DNA of 64,000 nt from Tubulanus polymorphus. Taxonomy: Eukaryota; Animalia; Nemertea. Below are positions 1 to 12,769 of the stretch, one piece after another. The first letter of the stretch is position 1. Every line of letters starts with the position of its first letter. The translations under genes were made by a program, and so were the position numbers. The notes beneath the pieces were generated by a model. It saw nothing but the letters and a program-made list of their open reading frames with translations, was not told the origin of the DNA and searched no databases. The DNA lies in NCBI RefSeq assembly GCF_964204645.1, contig NC_134026.1:18510150-18574149 (forward strand), given 5' to 3'.

Positions 1-303
1 TTGACTCATGCATGGGGAATATAGAACTATATATACTCAGAACTTCCTATAGTTCTATTCCATGAGGGGCCCGAGACATGTTCAGTAGGTGAAGGACCCG
101 GTCTCCACAGAGACAGGTAATCTAAGTTCCAGAGATCCCACCTGACCTCCACAACACAGGAGATCACATACCACATATATCTAAACATTCTACAATGTAC
201 CGTTGCCTTCTTAATTCACAAATTCACTGAAAAGGTTGAATCTCCGGCCTAGAAAACCCCTTTTTGTTAGTCTATAACAATATTCATGTGTGCGTTCACT
301 TAC

Positions 304-3300
304 AGTTTTGTCTGCCCTGAATATAAATCCTTTTTGAGCACGAGTAAATGAGATATTTTTCGTTGGCATTTGAGCAGCGACGATATCACTACTCATCAGT
401 ATATCCACTTCATCTTCAATCTCTGATTCTGACTCCTAATTAAGATAAATAACGTATTGCTTGTAAAGATCGATATGCCAATTTCACCTATAGTAAGCCA
501 ACACTAGATTGTTTCGATTAACTTGCAAACACGCTCCCAAATCAATATTCTTTTGGAAAAAACTTTCAAATGCCTTAGTCCCAAAAAATGAAGCGTTAGT
601 TTCCAGTCCATTCATCAAAATAATTTGGGCAGTAGGGAAGCTAGTAAATTTGTCATTGAAAATGTTCAAACAATTTGAAATTTGCTTGAATGTCTTGTTT
701 ATCTTTAGAAAATTATGGTTCATGGTTCATTTATCAATTAAATGTTTCCATGAATAATGACAATAGCGTTATTACTAGGCGATGCCAAAGACACGAAAGT
801 ACACCGGAGCCACCCATTGATATCTCCGGCTATTCTCTGACCAATTACATTTATGCATAGAAATGACGCTTCACTTTCTCATCAATCAAACTGACAATAC
901 TAAATATTCTAACTTATCTTTTCATACGGAATGAATCAAACCATATACGAACTCGATCAAAACAATATTCACATTAACAAACTGACCAAGTTACGCCTTA
1001 AAAAGTTGCTGAAACACGAAAGATGCATCCGACAATTAGGGGCCAGTTGCTCAAAAGTTAGTAATAAAAGATACCCAGCAGATAAATACGATGATAATAA
1101 TAAACTTAAAATTAATTTTCACTATGTCAACTATCCACTGGTTAACTCTAAAAAAACATTTGAGCAACTGCAGCCCCTGATTGATATCCACAAAATCATC
1201 ATACACACCTCGTTGCGAATCTTTTGATAGCATCGAACTTTATTGTCTAACACCGTTAATGAGTTGTTTGGTTTGGCTTCGCCGTTGAATATGAATGTTA
1301 TATCGCCACGTTCCCATCGCATGTCATTGAAGTCGACTAATGTCGTGTCTAATCTAGAAAAGTAAAAATCATCACGAAACTGTGGAGGGAAATCGGAACA
1401 CACGCTATTTAAGCTCTACATTGCGCGCGAATTATCTGCAGGTGAGAATTTAGAGAAAAATTTCAATGGGAAGGTACATCTGGAATCAACTTCGAGAACC
1501 ACTTTGAGATGCGCGATGGGCTTTGAAGTAATATACAGCGCATGAAGAATTAAGCAGTGAATTTGTTGTTAGTTAAAACACGGCAATGATTCATATTTCT
1601 ATGTACATCTACATAGGCCCAAGTGGTACTTGCTTGACATTGATTTCCAAAATGGTGACACAATTTAAGATCATAATTATTTGATTTCTTCTCGACCAGT
1701 AGAAGGGTGGATCTAGGGTCTGATTCACGGTGGTGTGCAGATCCTGAAGTAGGCTATATCATATAATCAAAATGGCATCCCAAAAGAAAGCTCATCAGAA
1801 AACATTAACTTACTTTCAGAAATGCAGAGAACAAGCTTATAAATTTTAACTTTTTTAGGTATGAGATTATTTTTTTCATCTTCTCGTGAAAATTCTGGGA
1901 AACTTGACATTTTCAGTTGGGTTTGCACCCCTGCACCCTCCCGTTAAATCCGCCCCTGTAGTATTTCCATTGATTTATCATTTCTTACCATTTAACAGTA
2001 ATCAATGAGTTATAGAATTAACCCAAGAAAACCTTGTCAATCATCAAAAGACTTTGAATTGGCTATACAAATAAACCATACATCTTCCTCTATTTTAGTC
2101 AATGAAACAGGTTACTACACGGTCTTTTCGTTAAAACATCATACCTAATACTGGATCCTTTTTTATGTATCTTACAAATGTCTGATGGTAATATGCGCGA
2201 AACCAATGGCACTGAAAATAGAAACCACAAAATAACAAACATCAGTAATATATCAAGTTGAAGAATGTACCGTATGATCATTGATCATTTTGAATCAACA
2301 ACAGCTTGAACATTGGCCCAAAGATAGTATACATCGACCTATAGTTCACATTGGAAAGATTTATCAATAGACACACAGTTTCAGACAGTCTAGGATGCTA
2401 ATCAGAAACAAAAACAAAATAAGGCTGGCTTATGTCAACCTGTGACTAAATGCCTACTGGCGCAACTCATTCATCGGTGACTATCAGGAACAAACAGCCT
2501 ACGATAGGCCGCCGGTTGCCATCATATCTGCTCGAAATAAGACGGCTTGCCACCCGATTGTTGTAAGCCATATCCGGCTAGTTGCTCATGTTCTACTCCA
2601 GTTGATTATGAGCACAACCGACCCGAGCCCAGCTGCGAAGCGACGGAACTGAGTGCGGAAATTCCAGCCAATCAGAGACCGCATACGCATGGAACAAATT
2701 CTGACTGCTAGTTAGCGTCATTAGTTTCTAATGGCAATAATTTGAATTTATTCACAAAATGTTAATGACCATCTGCAGTCGGTTCAGTTGCCAGTGATCA
2801 AAACTGAAATTAGTGGGAAGCAACTCGCTGGATCTCATACTCCACTAGTCAACCTCAGTTGCTCGGAATCAGAGCGCAGTCGACATAAGCTGGGCTACGA
2901 TCATGGTTCCTCTCAGTTGGCAGGAAACTGCACTCGGCAACAGAGTTGTAGCAAGCGTCTATGTATCAGATGACCATACTTACAAGTGAATATGTGCTGC
3001 ATTATCAAGCGACTTTTCATCATCCTAGTAGCAATTTATTTGATATAGGCTAGAGGAATTCCTTTGTTCCTATTACATCTACTTTGTGATTAAGGGAAAA
3101 TTATATTAAGGGAAAATTATGAATTAGTTAATCTTAGTCATCCCATATCATCCAGAAAGTGATATCCATGTAATAAATCGATGATATTCTTCTCTGAAAA
3201 TGATATGCTAGCCGCTTGTGCAGCGCTCAATATCCACATTATTTGGCTCATGTGCAGGGGGCCTCTAAGCCCAGGCGGGAGAAGCAGTGCCATTGCTATA

Positions 3301-6300
3301 ACTTCCCCTGGAGAATACATTCAGGGGATAAATAACAAGTAGGCCTAATCTATGCATTCCCGTTATAACCTGGTTTAAAAAGCACCCGAAATAGCCTTTT
3401 ACTATGTTGACTCCACTTACCCCAACTATGAAAATCCCATCTGAGCTCTAAATAGAAATCACCGAGATCTTTCAAGGCTTTTATGAGAGCCGGTCGCCGA
3501 GCTTCGAGCGTTTCACGAGATTGCTGTTTCAGCTTCCTGAGCAGAGACGTTACTAAAAACAACAATCAGATGATCAAGATGAATAAATGACAATTAATCT
3601 ATCATTTTCCCTCGCTATATCAGTATCTGCATGCGAGCATTTTTTATACTGGGTGCAATGAACAGAGTTGCCACTTATGTGAAGCTAAAAATCCGGAAAA
3701 TAAGTCGGGGGTCTGGGGGCCCTCCCCCAAAAAAATTTTTGAAATTAGAACGCCAGGAGATGCGTTCTGGCGCAATACGCGTTATAGGCCTCACTTTCAT
3801 TACCGCCTATAGATCTTTTTTTCAAATAGCGATTGGTTCCGTCAAATACACCTCATACATAAACCAGAGAGAAAAAAAACAAACGAAGCGTCAATCGATT
3901 TCGATCGTCGCGTCATCTTGGTTTAATCGTGTACTGCGGGGTTGTTGCCACTACGTGGCAGCACAATACGGCTTTTTCGAACCCTCTACGGAGCCGTCAC
4001 GTTTTGATGTTTAGGGTCGAATCCCGAATTGATTTTATTTTTTTCGCGATGTTTTCTTTTGTGGTTATTTGACTTCTCCCGAAAATCGGGAAATGAAATT
4101 GGATTTTTTTTAAATCCGGAATTCCAGAGAAATCCGGAGAAGTGGCAACACTGAATGAATAACATCTTAATGTTCATAATTCTATTACGGTTTTTGAATT
4201 CTGATAGTATTGATAACCTATCTACAGAACCACGTCTTTGTGCACATAGTAACATTCTTAATCAATTGCTGGAATGAATTTATTGGATATGATCCACATA
4301 ATAATTGCAAATGGATGCACATCTGCATCAGATTATGTTATTAAGCTTTTCAATAAATCAGACAGCGCCCTAAGCAAAGAAGTAGTTCAAGAACTCACTT
4401 GTTTGCCGGTCTCCATAGCTGATAGCTTCGGCTAAAGGGTTCCAACCTTTAGCATTCTTCACTTTCACCGGAGCACCATGAGCCAACAGCAATAATACAC
4501 ATTCTGAAATCATAGCAAAGTACATGATACTATTCATTACATTAAATCTATCTATTACTTATCACTTAATATGTAACCAAGTGCCCATTTGATTTGTAAG
4601 GTACATATGATTTCTGATGTTAAAGACGAACATTATTTTGTGTTGGTCATCGAATGACTGATCTTATTAGAAACCAAATGAATGCTTCGTACAGTGCAAT
4701 GCATCTTTTGGGGATCAGTCTCCGACAGTAAAAAAAAAACAGCCAAATGAAAACTAGTGGTCGATACCAATCTATAAGATTTCAACTGCAGGCCATAGTG
4801 TGATGTATCTAGTAGGGCATTATGGAATTAACTGCTTGCAGTCTGGAAACATTCTTTCAAATGAGTTTTAAATGTATTCTGGGAGATTCTGTAAGTGGAA
4901 ACTCTGTAGAAATATACCAGGTACTGTTCACATAATTTCATGAATGAATAATTAGATATTTTTGCCGATGAATACACGTTGTGGGGAAGGAGGCGATAGT
5001 TCATTCTGAACAGCAGTGCGGAAAGTCCTGGTTAAGCTTCATAAAAACCCATTTTAAACGCATACAAAGCTACACCATATATCAATTTCCAGATTACGAT
5101 GAAGGATTTGCAGATGATGGAAGCAATGATATCTAATGAATACAATTTCCATCTTTAAGAGGTCTACTCTATTATCATCCTATTCATTTCCATACAAATG
5201 AATGAGCTTTACCAATATTACCACATACACAATACTATATCAATCCACATCCTGACCACACCCTTGTATCTAAAACATCACCAGTAGTTAACACTACACT
5301 TAACACCTAACTAGTACTAATCAAGATAAATTGGAGCTCAGCAGAAATATTCTCGTTCCTGGAATCTTGCAAATCAGTATTTTACCTGTCAACCTAAGCA
5401 CAGTTAAGCCTGATCAGGCCTATATCGTTTTTATCATACGTGTTTTCTGGCGATGTAATTCTACCCCACAGTACCGAGACAACATAAATCCATATTCCTA
5501 ATGTAACATACGTGCATTGAACTCGAGCTGCAAAATCTGATTAAACCTATCATCCGTGCAAATCCAACGATCGTTAATTTATAAAATGAAACGAATGAAC
5601 TGAATTAATTTGAACCCGATCAGGAAGAACCAAACCGGCAAACTTTTCGCTGTGTGGTATACATGTATTCTAAACCATTGATCACACTTTTTGGCCTTAT
5701 AATTAGATTAAATCTACGTTTTCCCTTGCACATGATGCTTCTTAGGCACTAAGCAAGGTCGATCTGTTGTTAGTATTTACTTTTGTTTTTTTCTAATAAA
5801 GATGAATGGCAAAAATTTATCTATTCATTAATGGAAATCATAGTGTTTTTTTTTCTTTAGCCCAACGTAATTAAATAGTCTTATAAATCCCTGTCACGAG
5901 TTTGGGAAAGAAACCCGTATTAGTCACATGCTACGAAAATTCAATTACAACTGTCCAGATAAAAATCCGATTGATCCCCAGTAAGCAGGTTTTGCTCCAC
6001 TCAATCAAATGTATTGTACACCTTGGATTCACCGTTGAGATGATTGCTCGTAGGATTCATCAAACCAGGAACCCTTGAATTTGAACTGATTATTAATTTC
6101 ACCAGAAATGGAACTGATTATTTATTTCACCAGAAACTGGTGGTAATAATAGCTAGCCTATTAATGAAAATACTACCAGGCGTACTTCATTGATGCTTAG
6201 TTGTAGCTCTGGAGTAATCAGATGCATACCCGAAGGTTTAGAGCGATCTGGAGTATAAAATCAGTTCATTCTACCCGAGTTGGCCCTGTTTTCTGATTGG

Positions 6301-9300
6301 CATTTCCTGAAATTCTGGCTTAAGCCTAGATCAGTGTCAAGTTCATTGCACTTCCAATGAATATTAGAAAACACTCGCCCATGAACATGTCTATCACCTA
6401 CACATAAGCCTTTGCTTTCAGGTGAAGTTTATCTAATTTTACGTGCTGTATAACTTAACATATTTAGTATTCGATAAGATTTGAAAATCTCGGAAGAAGT
6501 CATTTCATTATTTTACAATGCATAATTTGGCGCCTCCTCGTGGCAACATCAGGAAACCAATGAGGAAACCAGCAGCCAGAGTTGTCTCTGCCTTTCTTCT
6601 GCTCACTTTTTGAAACACACCCAAATGCGAAACATCTTTGAACTGTTGTGACTCTTCGAAACGATGAAACTACATGATACAATCAACAGAATGCACTATA
6701 GGGACCGCATTATACCCATGTGTGAACTCGAAACTGAGGACACTATTGTCACCAAACCTTACCATCCTAAACTGTTTAGGATGACGATATGCACATAAAT
6801 TCATGCACCATTTTTTTGTCAAGCCTAGCGTAACCCTTTACGAATAATCATGCCATTCTTTGTTGGTAAGATTTTCCATATCATCTCAACCCTTTCTTGA
6901 TCGACCTGAATCTTTCTAAATATGACTCAGCTCAGGAGTTTTGGCGGCCTATTTTTTTCATTTTCTTCAATCTTCGATGAAATTACAATTTTTTTCCCCA
7001 AATAGGCCTATCACCTATCATTTATGTTTTTGTTAGTATTTATGTTACGCTCAAGTGCTTTCTTTGCGCTCAAAGAGAGCATGACCTGAGACCTTTGAGG
7101 CTTATCAGTATCATCGACTTAAAAAATATATATTTTTTCTCAAAATTTCTATTCAATCGAATTCCATTGTCAACTCAAGTTATCACCTACTACCAAGAAT
7201 CAGGGGCAGATCTAGGAAAATTGTAAGGCCGGGTCCAGAAGAATTGAAACGCATTCCTCGGCCTAAAGCAGCCATGTCAAAGGCAACTAGCTGGCTGCGA
7301 CCCTAAGTGTTAATATACTTTTGAAGAAATACATTCTATCAGATGCATATTCCGAGAGGTTGAACATCAAATTTCGCAGGTCTTAACTATCTCTGTCTTG
7401 ACGAAAAGAGCAACCACAGTGGCAAGGCAGGAGTCCGAACCTACGAGACCACCCCCTAAATCAAACACTGTAGTTATACAGCCGTTGAAAAGCAGTTTGA
7501 AATAAATCTGTATTTTCCACAGAAAATATTGATTTTCAATAGTAGTTCCACGAATAGGCCTAGTGGTTTTCGATAATTATAGTGTTCTAAGAAAATAGCA
7601 GCGTCGATCCAGTTTTTCAGTGATTCACACAGTTCAAGAGCTCGGGATTTATCCATGACTGACTCTGTTCAAGTGTTATAAGATGGATGAGTCATATGTA
7701 AACAATTCAGGAAAAAAATCCCTACACATCACCAGTAACTGAATATCGATTCCATTCATACGTAGGCCTATTACACAGATTAGAATGGACAATACAGGGA
7801 TGTAAATGCGTGTAGGAGACAGAAATAGATGGATGGATGAAGTACAAACATAGTGATTATTGACTTGTTACAAAAATGCCCTCATAAAGATCCATAGGCC
7901 CGATAGCACGGAGACGATTAGGCCCGGATCAAACTGGTCCAGACCAGGCCCTGTATAATTTTTGGCACATATGCTATGAGAACATGTTCACATGTACATC
8001 GCTTACTATTTACTGAAATGCTATCAAAACAATATTATGGTAAACTATGTGAGTCAGTTCCAGAACCTGTTAGCCTGTTCGCACGAATCATGATTTTGAA
8101 ATTCGACTGGGTACGCCAAGTTTCAGGTCCAAATTTGGCCCATGTCAACCAAGCACGGATAAGGCCTACAATGTGAACAATTGGACTGGAACTAATCGAC
8201 CCAGCACGGGACACAGACCAACATGTGACATGGTTCAAAACCACTCAAACTCCGGTAATCGTGGCTTGTTGACCAGTTTGAATAAGCCAAAGACTATACG
8301 CTCTAGGCCTGATGATTTGATCTATCTTGTAAATTACTACGGTTAACTACACTGTAACTTTGCTATAACAAACTTCACAGGCAACCAGGAAATTTGCTCA
8401 CATTCTAACCAAAAATTCATAAAGATGAGATTAAAGAATGTTTGTTAACAGACAGTTCATTAAATCATCTAGTATGCCATATTAGAATTTTGACAAGCTC
8501 AATCAACAATCTGACGATTTTAATAGTAACGCCCCTGGTGTATATACATACAGAAACCTTGACCTTGAAAATCACCAATAAAACATGCTGTGAGCTAAAA
8601 TTTTGTAAATTGATCGTGGTGACAAAATATAGGTACCAATAGGCTAATATGGAAATACTTAGTTATTCTGCTATTCAATAGGCCTACCAACTGGTAACCA
8701 TACACAAAAACCAATGACAATGCATGGATTTAAGTCCCAACTGGGCTAAAAATCTGACTTTCTGATTTGTTTTTGGTTTTGGTGAAGAATTTCTTCAACC
8801 AATTTGGTCGTTGGACTTGATTTCCGACCTTCACTAAGTGTTATGAAGACCATTAGGATTTAATATTCATAAATTTCTCCCAGCCCACTTCACCTTCCAG
8901 CAATCGAACTGATCAGAAATTGAAGTAGGCCGTAGACTAAAAAGAAGATCGAACATAGGGGGATCTACAGTTTTCAATCATTTTTTGGTTCAGCCTATAG
9001 GCCTAGGTCTTATCAAAGTATATAGGCCTAAGCCTAATTGGCGATTCATGTTAATAAGGTTGAAGAAAAGATTGCTGCAATCATAGGGAAGATGATTTGG
9101 TCTGGGTCAAACTGGCCATGTCAGACCGGAGACATATTTTGAGCATGTTTAAACTGAAACACATTCACACAATGAAGCCCTAATCTAGCCAAGCCAGATA
9201 AGGTCTGGGTCAAAAAACGCTTGACATAAACACAGCTTAGGCCTACTGGAACCTGCACTGAATTTCTTATTAGCTCTCTATGAAGACTTACCTTTGTGTC

Positions 9301-12300
9301 CTAAAGCAACTGCCAAATGAAGTGGAGTATTACCTGAAAAACACAATGTCAAACCCAATCTAAGACAATAGTATAGAAATGTTTCAAACTAAGCCTCCTT
9401 AAACGCCAGAATCCATCCATGATAGGATTGCGACGAATGAACCTGTATAAAATGGGGCTTTACATGCTGGCACTGGTTCAGCCTTTTCACTCGACTGCAG
9501 TTCAAGCCAAACTGCTTTAATACTGGATTCCTTGCATTTTTGGGTTTAATCACTTAGGATATCATTCCGTCATATTCCTTAGCCAAGGGGGGTTGGGGGA
9601 ATCGAATGAACTCCCCTTGGCATTTGAGTTCTGCAATTTTTAGGTCCAAGATTGTTTCTTCTTGCATTCTTCTGGATAGTGGGGCATGGATATGCGTAAT
9701 GATACATTCACTTTTTCAGTCTAAATTTAGGTTTTAACCCTTTCAGTGCGTCTACACCGCAGTGCGATGTATAAATCGGTGATGGATTTTGCTAGTACAC
9801 CGTGCTGCGGTGTATTGATTTAATTAGTAATTATCTCTCTTGAAAGATGGCAGCACCTGTCAAACATAGTGAAATATTAGTAACTAATGAACACTGCGCC
9901 GCGGTGTAGACGCATTATAGTGCTATTCCTGTTATTCAACACACTAGGGTGGAATTTCCCCAAATTTTCACATTTTCTCAAGGACGCTGGGGTATTAATT
10001 AGTCAGCACGGAAAGGGTTAAGTCGTTCCTGCATGCATGAATCAATGTAGCGAAGTCTTCTTAGTTTTCAAATCTTTTAATAATAAGAGGTGGGGAGGAG
10101 TAATCTACAGAAACAGATTCACCAAGCACAGAGTAGCCTAACAGAGGATATCATAGTCATACCTAAACACATTATAAAACAATTGCAAGTCAAACAACAT
10201 TTTGGTGGTGAGAAAAACTCTGTACCAAACTCCTGAATCAAAATGAAAATTTCAATATCATACATAAACTCCCTACCAGTGTTCAAATTTCTTTGAAATC
10301 TGACAAAAATTTATTCAATCAAAATGAAGTATGTAAGTTCATAATTCATTACTGGAGCAATTCATTATCAAAAACACCTACAGAATAAGGAGGATCGATG
10401 TGATCAAAATTTCACAAAGATGCAGTCCTTTTTGCGTCTAAGGTCTTTTGAAAACTCACATCCTTGAATATATTTATTCGAAAAAACTTTTCAGAGGGTT
10501 ACCAGAGACATGCGTCGTGCCCTCAGTACACTGCATTATTGCAAAGGAGGAGGCAAAGTTTTATACTTTTAGTTCAAACAAGCATCTCCAAGTTTTGAAT
10601 TGTAAAATAAGACACCAGACATCGCATTCCCACAGCAGGGATTTGAACCTGATGGCATCACAAGACTACACACGAAACCCTGCTTGATAAGCCGAATCTA
10701 GTTAGTTACCTAATCGTTGGTGGTAAGCTTTTTATAATCGGATGGGCTTATACCAACGTTAGGGATGACAAGGGCCAAAACACGGTTGAAAAAAGTAACA
10801 CTTCAAAAATATACTTTCTATCCACTTCAGTCCACAAATAATGGCTTAATTCACAAACTAACACAGGTACCTTTCAAAAATAATCCAATTTTATGCATGT
10901 TTCGAGTGATTAATCAACATTATTTTGAGAAATTAATTAATTTCTCCACAAATTTCGCCATTGGCCGCCATTTCTCTGTATTGCACATGAGGCATGATAA
11001 GACAAGGGGACCTACAAGGATTTATATAAAACTTCCAAGACGAAACGACAATTTTTATTTTTGATGGTTTTCCAACCTATATTTCAAATCTTCGTGTTTT
11101 CCTTAATAAATAATTAAATAATAAATTCTGGTAAAAGAAAAATCTGAATAAGTGTTGATTTCTTAATATTTTTCAATTTCGTCGTTTCGCTTTGTTAGTT
11201 TGTGCTGTGGTCCTGGCCTCAGTCCACAGGTGCCAGCACCTCCAGTAATTTTCAAAATGGCAGCTGTTGACTGGACGGAAATTTACTCTTACTTTACGGC
11301 CGATTTGCACATGGATTAAGATCGTCAGATGATGTGTTATAGGTATCAGAAAAACTACGAATCTGTTGTGCGTCGATTTCAACAAAAATTAGACGGATAT
11401 CTTAAGAGACAATGAAATGCCAGGCAAATTACTCATCAGTCAAATTGGCTGACGAAGATTTCATACAAAAATGACCTTCCCATTCCTGACTGTGGTTTGT
11501 GAAAATATCCGATCGTAAAACTAAACCACAGACAGGTTACTGACTAAGCCGAATCATGCCTGTTGTATAATCACTGAGGCTAATTAAGAGGGGTAGGCCT
11601 AACTATAAGCCAAAATGGAATAACCGGGCTAAAACAAAACGTGATTTCTGATAATGACACCGATAATGACAAGTGTATGTCTGCTCACTAGCGCTAATCA
11701 GGTAGGGTTTCATGCCATGGCAGTCTCGATGCCATCATCAGGTTTGAATCCCTGCTGAGGGAAGAGGATGCACAGACACAAAAGAGGCAATTTCATTGCT
11801 TCTCCAATAGTTTCTTTGCCTTTCGCATTATAATAATGGGGTTGTTACGATGTCGAGTAATAAACCTGAAAACAGCACGTGTCAGTTTAACGTTAAAGGA
11901 GTTTGATCAATATTCGGTCTAAGGTAGCTAAATCGTCCTCCCTTGGCCTTGAGAATGATCCTTGAAAGATATCGTACAGAAACCAGAAAGAAAATCATAG
12001 TTACAACTGTAGTCTAGCCAATAATATGGGAGTTATTTGAGTCCACCCAATACCCTATCGCTTTATCATCTGTTTTCAACTTCTTTAAAGCAAAGAACTA
12101 GAGAGAGTGACATTTTATTCGCGCTGCCTGCGTGAAGTATTCCTGTTTAGTGGTGGTTGGTTTAAGAAGGAAACTGAACTCCTGAAGCATTGAATATTTG
12201 GTTTGAAATGATGAATTAAAAAAGGTTTGAACAAGATCTTTTGGCTGAAATCGAAATTGGCAATTATAGGCCTACCGTGTTTGTCCTTCTTTGAGCAGTC

Positions 12301-12381
12301 ACGACTTCTTATCAACTGAGATACGCGCGGAATATCACCTTTAAATACAGCTTCATGTAGAGAATAATCCAGCTCTTCCAT
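304..12381 (-). CDS. ANKRD13C: Ankyrin repeat domain-containing protein 13 (ANKRD13C-like), N-terminal 7 exons; gene continues past left edge
   Basis: Phase-compatible GT-AG exons: 12381-12276 (MEELDYSLHEAVFKGD...KKDKHG), 9333-9292 (NTPLHLAVALGHK), 4503-4399 (ECVLLLLAHGAPVKVKNAKGWNPLAEAISYGDRQT), 3552-3421 (...DLGDFYLELRWDFHSW), 2211-2145 (VPLVSRILPSDICKIHKKGSSIR), 1353-1209 (LDTTLVDFNDMRWERGDITFIF...), 435-304 (ESESEIEDEVDILMSSD...FRADKT). Motifs match ANKRD13 family as recalled. Confidence 0.93.
3663..4153. mobile_element. hAT-like MITE with 6-bp TSD
   Basis: TIR cagagttgccactt / aagtggcaacactg; aatgaa on both flanks. Confidence 0.65.
9738..10017. mobile_element. piggyBac-type MITE
   Basis: TTAA|ccctttcagtgc ... 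gcacggaaaggg|TTAA; related partial copy about 15247-15380. Confidence 0.8.
10699..11546 (+). mobile_element. Mutator-like non-autonomous element, copy 1
   Basis: Ends tagttagttacct / aggttactgacta; 9-bp TSD agccgaatc; near-identical to 13308-14154. Confidence 0.8.
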
Positions 12382-12769
12382 GATCACTAAAATCGATTAG
12401 TCTACTGATCGCTCGATAGAGGGCGCATTACGAAGGTAACCCATCCATGGGTTCGAATCCTACTTTACGAGTTAACAAATCTTGATTCTATTTCCCTTAT
12501 TCTTTTATTTTATTTATCTTATAATCCATACAGTTGGATTCCTTTCAATGTTGGGATTCTATTGATTCCAATTGTTTTTATTAATTATTGGCTTATTCAG
12601 TGGCATCTTCACCCGTCAAGGGATTCGAACCCACTACGCTAAAGCTGTTCCCCGAACGTGGAAGCGAGTTCGGGAGTGATACCTGACCCCTGGCAAGCGA
12701 GGATGATTCAGTGGTATCCAGTATCGAATGTAGAGGGCAGTAGCAGCTGGTCCACATATTGAAAGAAGG
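12382..12769. promoter_or_regulatory. Probable bidirectional promoter between ANKRD13C-like and LHPP, with two inverted Pol III B-box motifs
   Basis: Divergent ATGs at 12381 (-) and 12770 (+); tgggttcgaatcc at 12448-12460 and its exact reverse complement at 12621-12633; AT-rich centre. Confidence 0.7.

Noticed and set aside
7896-8310. Harbinger-like MITE with ggcc ends
   Set aside because: Terminal complementarity was too weak to support boundaries.
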